Shown: positions 17,302 to 24,775 of the stretch, one piece after another
Layout: each line of letters starts with the position of its first letter
How positions within the stretch are numbered: position 1 is the first letter of the stretch
Assembly: GCA_035285545.1 (NCBI GenBank)
Contig: JAYKGY010000072.1
Coordinates: forward strand, 1-24,775
DNA: 24,775 nt
Reading direction: 5' to 3'
Source of the DNA: Snowella sp.
GTDB taxonomy: Bacteria; Cyanobacteriota; Cyanobacteriia; Cyanobacteriales; Microcystaceae
Translations under genes and position numbers: made by a program
Notes under the pieces: model-generated
Told to the model about the DNA's origin: nothing
The model's database searches: none
The model's input: the letters and a program-made list of their open reading frames with translations, nothing else

Positions 17302-18159
17302 CTAGGTGTTTGTTGGACGTTGAGCTAGTTGATGGAAGTTGACTAATTCAAAACCACAGTCTTGTAGGCGATCGCGAATAGAGGGACTTAACAAAGCTTG
17401 TAACTCCAACGGGCCAGTCGGATTAGTTTCCTCAGAACAATCAGGATGGGAATAGATTTCTATCACATTGGCCTGAATTTGTGGAATAAGCTGTTGTAAA
17501 TATCCTTCACTCATTTTACCCGTTGCCAGTAGCCCATACACTTTATCAAGAGTCATAATCCCTTGGCTATGGAGTAGACGTTCCCCATAACGACGGAGTT
17601 GCCGAAATATTTGGGAATGGATAATTTTAATGGGCAAATTACTGCGATCAATCGTTAAGGTAAACCTGAGTTCTTCAGAAGGCAATCGAATAATTTTAAT
17701 ACCAAATTCTGCTGCTAAATCCTTTAAAATCCCCAAAATTATAGGATGGGTGTGGAGATGTAAATGCCCATCTACATGGGATAGGGATAATCCTGTTTGC
17801 TGAAATTTTTCTAATTGGGCACGAATTTCTTGTTTTAATTCTGCTCTAGCGGCTGGGTTTAATTGATAGTTTAATCCAGCTTTAACGGGATCATCGGGGA
17901 AGTTTCCTTGCCGATCCACCAAATGAGGAATTTGTTCAGGGGGTAACACCGATTGACCACAAACGAGAACCAGATGTAACCCCACCCCTAAATTCGGATG
18001 AGTTTTAGCTAGAGCCACCGCTTCTGCCCAAGCTTTTCCCGACACCATCAAGCTCGTACTGGTTAAAATGCCTTGTTCATGGGCCTGAATGACAGCCTGA
18101 TTCACACTCGGAGATAGACCAAAATCATCTCCATTGATGACAACTTTTCTAATACGCAT
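17302..18159 (-). CDS. hpnK: HpnK / ChbG-YdjC family deacetylase
   Basis: INGDDFG, GILTSTSLMV, GVGLHL, SHVDGHLHLH.HP, EIYSHP, EL.AL.SP. Confidence 0.88.
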   Translation of the reverse strand: MRIRKVVINGDDFGLSPSVNQAVIQAHEQGILTSTSLMVSGKAWAEAVALAKTHPNLGVGLHLVLVCGQSVLPPEQIPHLVDRQGNFPDDPVKAGLNYQLNPAARAELKQEIRAQLEKFQQTGLSLSHVDGHLHLHTHPIILGILKDLAAEFGIKIIRLPSEELRFTLTIDRSNLPIKIIHSQIFRQLRRYGERLLHSQGIMTLDKVYGLLATGKMSEGYLQQLIPQIQANVIEIYSHPDCSEETNPTGPLELQALLSPSIRDRLQDCGFELVNFHQLAQRPTNT

Positions 18160-18189
18160 TGACTCGGTAAGAATAAAATTTTAACCGTA

Positions 18190-19047
18190 TCACAAAGAAT
18201 TGACGGTATTGGTTAACCAATCATACCAAGTCGCTAACCCTTCTCCCGTTGTGGCAGAAACCTGAAAGATCTGGAGATGGGGGTTTACCTGTCGTGCATA
18301 GTCTAAACAGTGGTCAACGTTAAAATTGACGTAGGGCAATAGATCAATCTTATTGAGAATCATTACCTGACTTGCTCGAAACATGTGGGGATATTTCAGC
18401 GGTTTATCTTCTCCCTCGGTAACAGACAGAATCACGACCTTTGCCTGTTCTCCTAAATCAAATAAAGCGGGACAGACTAAATTTCCCACATTTTCAATCA
18501 TGACAATGGATTTTGCTGGCGGAGCAAGTTCCTGAAGCCCCTTTTTGACCATTGCCGCTTCTAAATGGCACCCTGTTCCCGTATTGATCTGAACGACCCC
18601 ACACCCCGTTTCTCGAATTCGTTGGGCATCGTGACTTGTGGCTTGATCCCCTTCAATGACATTAATGGGAATTTGGATTTGTAAATCTTGGATGGTGCGA
18701 GTTAAGAGGGTTGTTTTGCCTGAGCCAGGGGAACTGACTAAATTTAAGGCTAAAATTTGTTGCTGCTTGAACCAGTCTCGATTGTGGGCCGCTAGCTGGT
18801 CATTTTTAGCTAATAGGTTTTGTTCTAGGGTTAGGGTCGTGCGATGGCGTTGGGCGTGAAGTTGGGCAGATTCTAAGGAGTGATAATGATGATCCTGTTC
18901 GTGGCGATCGCGGGCTTCGTGGGTATGGGTAATCACTGTTCCATCGGGTAGGGTGTGGGTATGCTCTAGGTGATTTATTGTCTGCCCATTGTGAATAGGG
19001 GTTACGGTAACGTTTGCACCATCAGAACAACCACAGGTTACGCACAT
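18190..19047 (-). CDS. hypB: Hydrogenase nickel incorporation GTPase HypB
   Basis: N-terminal MC.TCGC, His-rich segment, SSPGSGKTTLL, GTGCHL, ENVGNLVCPA.FDLGE, EGEDKPLKYP. Confidence 0.97.
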   Translation of the reverse strand: MCVTCGCSDGANVTVTPIHNGQTINHLEHTHTLPDGTVITHTHEARDRHEQDHHYHSLESAQLHAQRHRTTLTLEQNLLAKNDQLAAHNRDWFKQQQILALNLVSSPGSGKTTLLTRTIQDLQIQIPINVIEGDQATSHDAQRIRETGCGVVQINTGTGCHLEAAMVKKGLQELAPPAKSIVMIENVGNLVCPALFDLGEQAKVVILSVTEGEDKPLKYPHMFRASQVMILNKIDLLPYVNFNVDHCLDYARQVNPHLQIFQVSATTGEGLATWYDWLTNTVNSL

Positions 19048-19379
19048 AGTTCCTCCATCTCCAGTTCTTTGATTTGTAGTTCTTGTCCCTGGATAAAGTC
19101 CAAATCTATGCTACCGCACTCACAAAGGCCAAAGGGTTCGGCGATCGCAAACTCAGCCTGGCATTGACGACATCTGGCTCTACCCGGAATTTCAATAATT
19201 TTTAACCTTGTTGCCGCTAAGGGCGTATCTTGACGACAAGCTTCAAAACAAAAGGCAATCGAATCGGGAAGAATCGCAGTTAGCTGACCAATTTCCAGGG
19301 TTATTTGGTAAATTTTTTTGCCTTGGGCCTGTTGTAGCGCAATTTCAAGAATATTTTCCGTAATTCCTAACTCATGCAT
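19038..19379 (-). CDS. hypA: Hydrogenase maturation nickel metallochaperone HypA
   Basis: MHE Ni-binding start, CRQC and CECG Zn motifs, G.EL; overlaps hypB by 10 nt. Confidence 0.97.
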   Translation of the reverse strand: MHELGITENILEIALQQAQGKKIYQITLEIGQLTAILPDSIAFCFEACRQDTPLAATRLKIIEIPGRARCRQCQAEFAIAEPFGLCECGSIDLDFIQGQELQIKELEMEELCA

Positions 19380-19572
19380 TCTGGTATTGGCTCAGCGATC
19401 GCGGTTTGACCGTCTTTCAGAATCGATTTTAGTCTTAATTTTTAAGGATAATATCAGCGAAAATCCCCAATCCTCTGGATGCGGAATCCCTGATTCTGGT
19501 GTATCTTAAGGCTACATCATTTAATACCAATATCGTTTTTATTGTCTTTTCCTGTGGGGTGTGAGGCTATCT

Positions 19573-21018
19573 GTGTCCGTCAAAAATAAGCCGCTTAAAT
19601 CTACTCATAAATCTTCATCCAGGTCTTCTGTACGAAAAAAGCAATATCAATCCAACACCAAAAATAAGAATAGTTGGTTTGCGATTACCCTGAGTTTAAC
19701 GGCGATCGCGCTTCTTTCTGCCACTGCTGGTGCCCTTTTGGCCATTAGCCTCTCCTCGGTTCCCTTAAAGCAAGCAAAACTCACCCCAAAACAAGCAGCC
19801 GTTTTTGACAATGATAAAGCGATTTCCTATAAAAATTTGACCTTTCCCCAACTGAGTCGCCCTGTCAATATCTTAGTCTTGGGGACGAAGGTTTTATCCT
19901 CTGATATTGGGGCTAAATCCAATGCAGGTTACCATACTCTCGTTAACTCAGTGAGTGGATTAACCGATACCATGATGTTAATCCGCTTCGATCCAGAAAA
20001 ACAAAAACTGACGGTTTTATCAATTCCCCGCGATACCCAAACCGAAATTAAAGATCATGGGGTTCGTAAAATTAACGAGGCTAATGCCTTAGGCGGCCCT
20101 TCTTTAGCGGCCGAAACCGTTAGTCATTTGTTAGGAGAAGTGCCCATTGATCGCTATCTACGGGTGAATGTGCAAGCTGTCGAAAAATTAGTTGATGCCC
20201 TGGGAGGAGTAACCGTCTATGTCCCCAAAGACATGAAATACCAGGATGATAGTCAACATTTGTACATCAACCTAAAAGAAGGGGAACAGCACTTAGACGG
20301 CAATAAAACCCTGCAATTATTACGATTTCGGAAAGACAGCTTAGGGGATATTGGACGCATTCAACGTCAACAAATGCTAACGCGGGCCCTGATTGAACAG
20401 GCATTAAAACCCCAAACCCTTTTGAAAATCCCTGATATTCTCGGCATTCTCCAGTCCTATCTCGACACCAATCTCAGCATGGAAGAATTGGTCGCTGTCG
20501 CAGCAATGGCCGCCAAGACTCCCCGGAGCGATGTGCAAATGCTGATGTTGCCTGGGGATTTTAGTAATAACGGTCGCCACAGTGCCAGTTATTGGTTACC
20601 CAATTCTCGAAAGATTCAAACGATAGCAAGTCAATATTTTGAGGCTATCCCCCCTGCTACAGATAGCAGTTTTGCCGAAGAAAGTCAGGATTCTTCTACC
20701 CTAGAGGATCCTTTCCAATTACGCATTGCCATTCAAGATAGTAATGATAATTCGGAAGCCGTCCAAGCCTTAGTACGTCAGTTAAGTGAAGCGGGTTATC
20801 GTCGAATTGTCGTCACTCAAAAATGGCGTGAACCCCTGAAAAAGACCCGTATTGTCGCCCAAAATGGGGATACGAGTGGAGCGGCCAATGTTCGTGCCAG
20901 TTTAGGATTGGGAGAAGTGTTAGTGGAAAGTACGGGCTATTTACTATCGGATATCACGATTCAGGTAGGGCAAGATTGGCAGCAAAAAACAGGGATAGAT
21001 TCCCCTTTTAACCGTTAA
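19573..21018 (+). CDS. LCP (LytR-CpsA-Psr) family protein with C-terminal LytR_C domain (start 19561 or 19573)
   Basis: One TM segment; NILVLG, DTMML, LSIPRDT, KIN.A, RFR.D..GDIGRI.RQQ; C-terminal SDITIQVG.DW. Confidence 0.93.
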   Translation: MSVKNKPLKSTHKSSSRSSVRKKQYQSNTKNKNSWFAITLSLTAIALLSATAGALLAISLSSVPLKQAKLTPKQAAVFDNDKAISYKNLTFPQLSRPVNILVLGTKVLSSDIGAKSNAGYHTLVNSVSGLTDTMMLIRFDPEKQKLTVLSIPRDTQTEIKDHGVRKINEANALGGPSLAAETVSHLLGEVPIDRYLRVNVQAVEKLVDALGGVTVYVPKDMKYQDDSQHLYINLKEGEQHLDGNKTLQLLRFRKDSLGDIGRIQRQQMLTRALIEQALKPQTLLKIPDILGILQSYLDTNLSMEELVAVAAMAAKTPRSDVQMLMLPGDFSNNGRHSASYWLPNSRKIQTIASQYFEAIPPATDSSFAEESQDSSTLEDPFQLRIAIQDSNDNSEAVQALVRQLSEAGYRRIVVTQKWREPLKKTRIVAQNGDTSGAANVRASLGLGEVLVESTGYLLSDITIQVGQDWQQKTGIDSPFNR

Positions 21019-21162
21019 TCATCGGGCTTTAAAATCCCTTGCGGTCTCATGATAAAAATAGAAAGTTTATCGTTATGATTAAATAACTCGTGGGGAGCAA
21101 TCCCCCAGAGAAGATCCAGGTTAAAATTTAATTATCAGCTTTATTTACTGCTTAAAGTAGCT

Positions 21163-21798
21163 ATGACATCCTACGCATCTGCCACTGCCAGAGCCGAAAT
21201 GAGTGAACTGCGGCGGCTCAAAAGTTTACTGCCTCCTGAACTACAAAGTTGGGTCATGGTAGAGGGAAGCACCGAAGTGAATCCCCCCCTACTCCGGTCT
21301 GAAGAGTTAGGACGGGATGAAATTGAGATTCAAGTAGATCTGGCTAAGTGGGAAAATTTGGCGATCGATCAGCGTAATCTCCTGTTCTGGCATGAAGTGG
21401 CCCGGATTCAAAATGATACGATTCCCCGTGAAGGTTGGGAAATGGCGGCCTTGGCCATCGGTTTAGGCGGTGCAGTGGGTGAACTCTGGGTACAGGATGG
21501 CTTGTTATTATTACTCGCGTTATCTCTGTGTGGGATTTCGGGTTATCGGCTGTGGTTAAAAAATAATGGCGATAAAAAACTCAAAGAAGCGATTGAAGCT
21601 GACGAAAAGGCGATCGCCCTAGCCACCCGTTTTGGTTATACCTTACCCAACGCTTACAAAAGTTTAGGGAGTGCGTTTAAAACCTTAATTGAGCAGACCC
21701 CGAACCGTCGCCAACGGAAATATTATGAATCGCGCCTACAAGCCTTAAGACAAAGTGCGGCTAAAGCCAAAGCGAAAACGAAACAGCCCATTCAATAA
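21163..21798 (+). CDS. DUF3318 family conserved cyanobacterial membrane protein
   Basis: ELRRLK.LLPPELQSWV, QRNLLFWHEVARIQ, two TM segments, EADE.AI. Confidence 0.8.
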   Translation: MTSYASATARAEMSELRRLKSLLPPELQSWVMVEGSTEVNPPLLRSEELGRDEIEIQVDLAKWENLAIDQRNLLFWHEVARIQNDTIPREGWEMAALAIGLGGAVGELWVQDGLLLLLALSLCGISGYRLWLKNNGDKKLKEAIEADEKAIALATRFGYTLPNAYKSLGSAFKTLIEQTPNRRQRKYYESRLQALRQSAAKAKAKTKQPIQ

Positions 21799-21865
21799 AT
21801 TCAATCAATCGTGGGTTGCCTATTAACGATTTAATTTTTTCCTATTTCTTTATTTTCCCTGAGTA

Positions 21866-22876
21866 ATGCCATCTGGAATGCCTGAATCGGAGTTTCCTAT
21901 CTCAACCCTTAATGACTGTTCCACTATTACCATTCCTGAACGATTATCGGTTTTAGAAGCGGTCAAGTTTAAGGCGGTTGCCTGTACTTTAATTGAACAG
22001 GAAAATAACCTAGAACAACTCATTTTAGATTTTAGTCAGACCCAGTTTATTGACAGTAGCGGTATTGGGTCGCTGGTTCATCTGTTTAAGGCAACTCAGG
22101 AAAAAGAGGTTCAACTGGTGTTGTTGGAAGTTAATTCCGTCATTATGTCAGTCCTATCAATGACCGGATTGGATCAGATTTTTCTCATTACTTCCAAGGA
22201 AGATTCTCTTAATACGTCACCTAACGGTTCTTCTCGGCTTTCTTCTGTCGAAGTTCCCCCAAAAACCCATCCTTCCATTCGTTCTTGGTTAAAACGCTCG
22301 GTGGATATTGTGGGGGCAAGTATTGGTTTAGTCATCACAGGCATTGTCTTGATTCCCATCGCGATCGCCATTCAAATCGATGATCCAGGCCCGATTTTCT
22401 TTCGACAAACCCGCTGTGGTTGGATGGGCAGACGCTTTAAAATGCTCAAATTCCGTTCCATGTGTACCAACGCAGAAGCATTAAAAGATCAAGTCAAAAA
22501 TGAAGCCTCTGGGGCCTTTTTTAAAAATAGTAATGATCCGCGAATTACCAAAGTTGGTCGCTTTTTGCGCCGTACCAGTCTGGATGAATTGCCCCAATTT
22601 TGGAATGTCTTAAAAGGAGAAATGAGTTTAGTTGGCACTCGTCCCCCCACTCCCGATGAAGTGGAAAACTATGAGGTTCCTGAGTGGCAGCGGCTAGACG
22701 TAAAACCCGGCATGACCGGAGAGTGGCAAGTGAATGGTCGTTCGACTGTTAAAAGTTTTGAAGATGTCATTAAATTGGATCTTCGCTATCAAGAAAATTG
22801 GAGTCACTGGTATGATATTCAATTAATTTTAAAAACAGTTTTTATCATTTTTAACAAAAATAGCGGTGCCTTATAA
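21866..22876 (+). CDS. STAS (anti-sigma antagonist) domain fused to a priming glycosyltransferase (phosphoglycosyl transferase)
   Basis: LDFSQTQFIDSSGIG.L STAS motif; KR..DI, KFRSM, DPRIT.VG.FLRRTSLDELPQFWNVLKGEMSLVG.RP, KPG.TG.WQV.GR. Confidence 0.92.
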   Translation: MPSGMPESEFPISTLNDCSTITIPERLSVLEAVKFKAVACTLIEQENNLEQLILDFSQTQFIDSSGIGSLVHLFKATQEKEVQLVLLEVNSVIMSVLSMTGLDQIFLITSKEDSLNTSPNGSSRLSSVEVPPKTHPSIRSWLKRSVDIVGASIGLVITGIVLIPIAIAIQIDDPGPIFFRQTRCGWMGRRFKMLKFRSMCTNAEALKDQVKNEASGAFFKNSNDPRITKVGRFLRRTSLDELPQFWNVLKGEMSLVGTRPPTPDEVENYEVPEWQRLDVKPGMTGEWQVNGRSTVKSFEDVIKLDLRYQENWSHWYDIQLILKTVFIIFNKNSGAL

Positions 22877-23372
22877 CCAGTCTGAGCCATTTCAAGGAGA
22901 ATTATTAGTTCAATTCCACTTAACGGTGGAAACGACCTTCTCTGCGGTTGAAGAAATTCTGCCTTGGTTTGAACAAAATTGCCAAGATTGGTTAGATAAA
23001 AATACTTTTTTGCAAATGCAAATTGTTCTGGTTGAAGGCTTTACCAATATTGTTAAATATGCCCATTTCGGGCTATCCCCCCAGACTCCAATTCAATTAT
23101 TGACCCGCATTTTTCCCAATCTCATTGAAATTAAAATTTGGGATTACGGGCCAGAATTTGATCTGTCTCTGCAACTGCAAAAAGAATTAAACACATCTCC
23201 CCAAATAGCCATCGAAAAAGAAAGTAATCGCGGATTATTGTTAATGAATGCCTTAAGTGATGAGCTAAGTTATATTCGAGAAAATCACGAAAAACAAGCA
23301 AAAAATTGTTTAATTATTCGTAAAAAAATCATAGCGGCTCAAGGCGATCGCGAGAAGGGGGGAATCCATTAA
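22866..23372 (+). CDS. RsbW/SpoIIAB-like anti-sigma factor Ser/Thr kinase (HATPase_c)
   Basis: N-box EGFTNIVKYAH, G1 IWDYG..FD, variant G2 ESNRGL; GTG start overlaps the upstream gene by 11 nt. Confidence 0.85.
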   Translation: MPYNQSEPFQGELLVQFHLTVETTFSAVEEILPWFEQNCQDWLDKNTFLQMQIVLVEGFTNIVKYAHFGLSPQTPIQLLTRIFPNLIEIKIWDYGPEFDLSLQLQKELNTSPQIAIEKESNRGLLLMNALSDELSYIRENHEKQAKNCLIIRKKIIAAQGDREKGGIH

Positions 23373-23579
23373 TTCGCCTATCTTCATCCTTATTTGAATA
23401 ACGAACAAAATCAGTCATGCATCCCGCTTAAAGTATGCTTTGATCTAAATATAGGCATAAGCGAAAGGTTTAGGTTTAGGTATCCTTGATAACAAGAGCT
23501 TCTCTAAAAGTTGTTCGCTGAAGGCTCTAAACTTACCATTCAAAATGTCTGATTTAGACTGTTATTGTCTTTTACTACC

Positions 23580-24140
23580 ATGAAAAAAATTAGCCCATTA
23601 AATCTTGTTGCTCTTGGCTTTTTGAGCAGTTGCCTGTTAACCCTTCCCAATGCGGTACAAGCGATCGATCCCCCTGCAAACACTAGCCTTTCTCAACCCA
23701 AAAGCGGATTAACGGAAGCCAATGTTCTTAAGGCAATGGAAAAAATCACTGAAGCCGAGAAAAAAGAAGACATTAATACTCTTCTGTCTTTTTTAGTGCC
23801 CTATGGAGTCACAGAAATTACGGTGGAATCTCAAGGCAATAGTGTTACCCGCAATATAGAAGGGATTGAGGCTCACCGAACGATGCTAGAGAACACCTAC
23901 CAACGGGTTAAAAACCGCGAAGTCCTCAATGAACGCCAAACCATTCGTTTTACGCCTGACGGTCAGTTAGCTATTGTAACGCGCACAACCATTAAAAACG
24001 TAGTAGGAGAAGACGGAAAACAGTTTATTTCAGGGGGAATCGATACCTTACGCTTTGCTTGGATTGATAATCAACCCAAATTAGTCTCTATCAAAAGCCA
24101 AGGTTGGCTCGAAGAACGCCCCCAAACTAGCAAAAAATAA
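23580..24140 (+). CDS. Secreted hypothetical protein, probable NTF2/SnoaL-like fold (start 23565 TTG or 23580 ATG)
   Basis: MKK signal peptide ending VQA; helix with D...LL.F then beta-rich body (DG..A.V, F.W....PK.V). Confidence 0.65.
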   Translation: MKKISPLNLVALGFLSSCLLTLPNAVQAIDPPANTSLSQPKSGLTEANVLKAMEKITEAEKKEDINTLLSFLVPYGVTEITVESQGNSVTRNIEGIEAHRTMLENTYQRVKNREVLNERQTIRFTPDGQLAIVTRTTIKNVVGEDGKQFISGGIDTLRFAWIDNQPKLVSIKSQGWLEERPQTSKK

Positions 24141-24213
24141 ACCTCATTGAAGGTGTAATGATGGTTTACTTGCTCAGTATTTAGTTTATTTTGAATTTTT
24201 TTAAACAATAACC

Positions 24214-24525
24214 ATGAAACGAATTTCCGCCATTAGTTTAGCAACAACCATTGTTCTCAGTAGTGTTTCCCTTTATCCCCGCCCCGCCCAAGCCAGTTGG
24301 GGAGATTTTTTTCTAGGAGTTGGTGCGGCTGTCGGAGTCGGCGCGATCGTTAATAGTGCCCAACGAGCTGAGGCTCAACGTTATGCCCCTGTTCCCCCGG
24401 AGCAAGAATATTTTCGAGGGCTTCAGGATGGCATCAATGGAGCCAGATACGATAATCCTCGTAATTCGCCTGACTATGATCGCGGATTTGAAGAAGGTGT
24501 CCGTAGACGGAATAACGCCCGATAA
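24214..24525 (+). CDS. Small secreted hypothetical protein with glycine-zipper segment
   Basis: MKR signal peptide ending PAQA; GVGAAVGVGA; duplicated Y.RG...G motif. Confidence 0.7.
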   Translation: MKRISAISLATTIVLSSVSLYPRPAQASWGDFFLGVGAAVGVGAIVNSAQRAEAQRYAPVPPEQEYFRGLQDGINGARYDNPRNSPDYDRGFEEGVRRRNNAR

Positions 24526-24661
24526 TTTCAACAATTTTCAATAGATAGCAACAAAACAGCACCGAGTTCCTCTTCCCTGATTGGCAGTCTGAGCTTTTCT
24601 CTGGCTGCCTTTTCACCACACTTTCCCTTTTAGTCTAAACTCCAGTAAAGAGAGTATCTAG

Positions 24662-24708
24662 AAAAATCACAAAACCCCTCTCATTGAGCATTCAGAAGAG
24701 AAGGGTTT
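24662..24708 (-). terminator. Terminator hairpin downstream of the 5S rRNA
   Basis: AAACCCCTCTC (24672-24682) / GAGAAGGGTTT (24698-24708), 11-bp stem with one G-U on the minus strand, then T-rich tail. Confidence 0.7.
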
Positions 24709-24729
24709 GGGCGTTATCAATCAAAAAAG

Positions 24730-24775
24730 AACCTGGCATGGAGATATTGTCCCGTGGGGCAACCCCCAAAGTATC
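24730..24775 (-). rRNA. rrf: 5S rRNA, 3' portion (truncated by window edge)
   Basis: Minus strand GATACTTTGGGGGTTGCCCCACGGGACAATATCTCCATGCCAGGTT matches cyanobacterial 5S helix IV/V, loop E and the 3' strand of helix I. Confidence 0.88.

Larger units (their letters stand above)
1643..23351. repeat. HIP1 octamer GCGATCGC, about 30 dispersed copies
   Basis: For example 1643, 2855, 3898, 5586, 7881, 9133, 13607/13613, 19141, 22361, 23344 (manual count). Confidence 0.9.

Noticed and set aside
19038..19379. HypA second Zn motif is CxC rather than CxxC
   Set aside because: This variant is common in cyanobacterial HypA.
19500..19516. TGTA-N9-TACA between hypA and the LCP gene as an NtcA site
   Set aside because: NtcA needs GTA-N8-TAC; the spacer here is 9 nt.
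2384..24619. Other small overlapping ORFs in the track (e.g. 4144-4356, 4931-5290, 7414-7671, 7831-8016, 14230-14463, 16669-17034, 24313-24534)
   Set aside because: Shadow frames of well-supported genes, with no motifs.
24575..24640. Minus-strand AAAAGGGAAAGTGTGGTGAAAA...CTCAGACTGCC resembling a cobalamin riboswitch
   Set aside because: The P5 partner and the CCCGCAACTGT core are missing and no credible gene follows on that strand; only a simple hairpin (GGCAGTC/GGCTGCC) is supported.
1..24775. CRISPR array, tRNA, intact transposase, prophage or defence genes
   Set aside because: No regularly spaced repeat-spacer units, no tRNA with T-loop consensus (the cloverleaf-like fold at 9334-9382 is too short and lacks GTTC), and no matching ORFs seen.

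Overview
Chromosomal window from a cyanobacterium, probably a unicellular Chroococcales/Synechocystis-like one: about 30 HIP1 GCGATCGC octamers by eye, plus cyanobacterial-type rnpB and 5S rRNA. It is mostly housekeeping: zwf, a PCP_red-domain protein, SUI1/yciH, a LolA-like protein, dxs, phoH, rnc-rnpB, purN, hypAB, an LCP protein and DUF3318. The 3' end of a 5S rRNA (minus strand) sits at the right edge. Less ordinary parts are: (1) an iron-storage locus with a short ferritin-like gene, bfd, and tandem heme-only and ferroxidase-only bacterioferritins, with a 16/19 Fur box and an HLR1-like site; (2) a highly structured ~150-nt element after bfr that looks like a TnpB C-terminal/omega-RNA relic cut by a miniature repeat; (3) a minus-strand run hypA-hypB-hpnK-(double DMT fusion)-hpnI-cspA-radical SAM, linking Ni-maturation genes to hopanoid-tailoring genes and carrying a cold-shock-domain gene that cyanobacteria usually lack; (4) a STAS-priming glycosyltransferase fusion overlapping an RsbW-like kinase gene; (5) several MITE-like elements. 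All calls come from reading motifs by eye; no searches were run.
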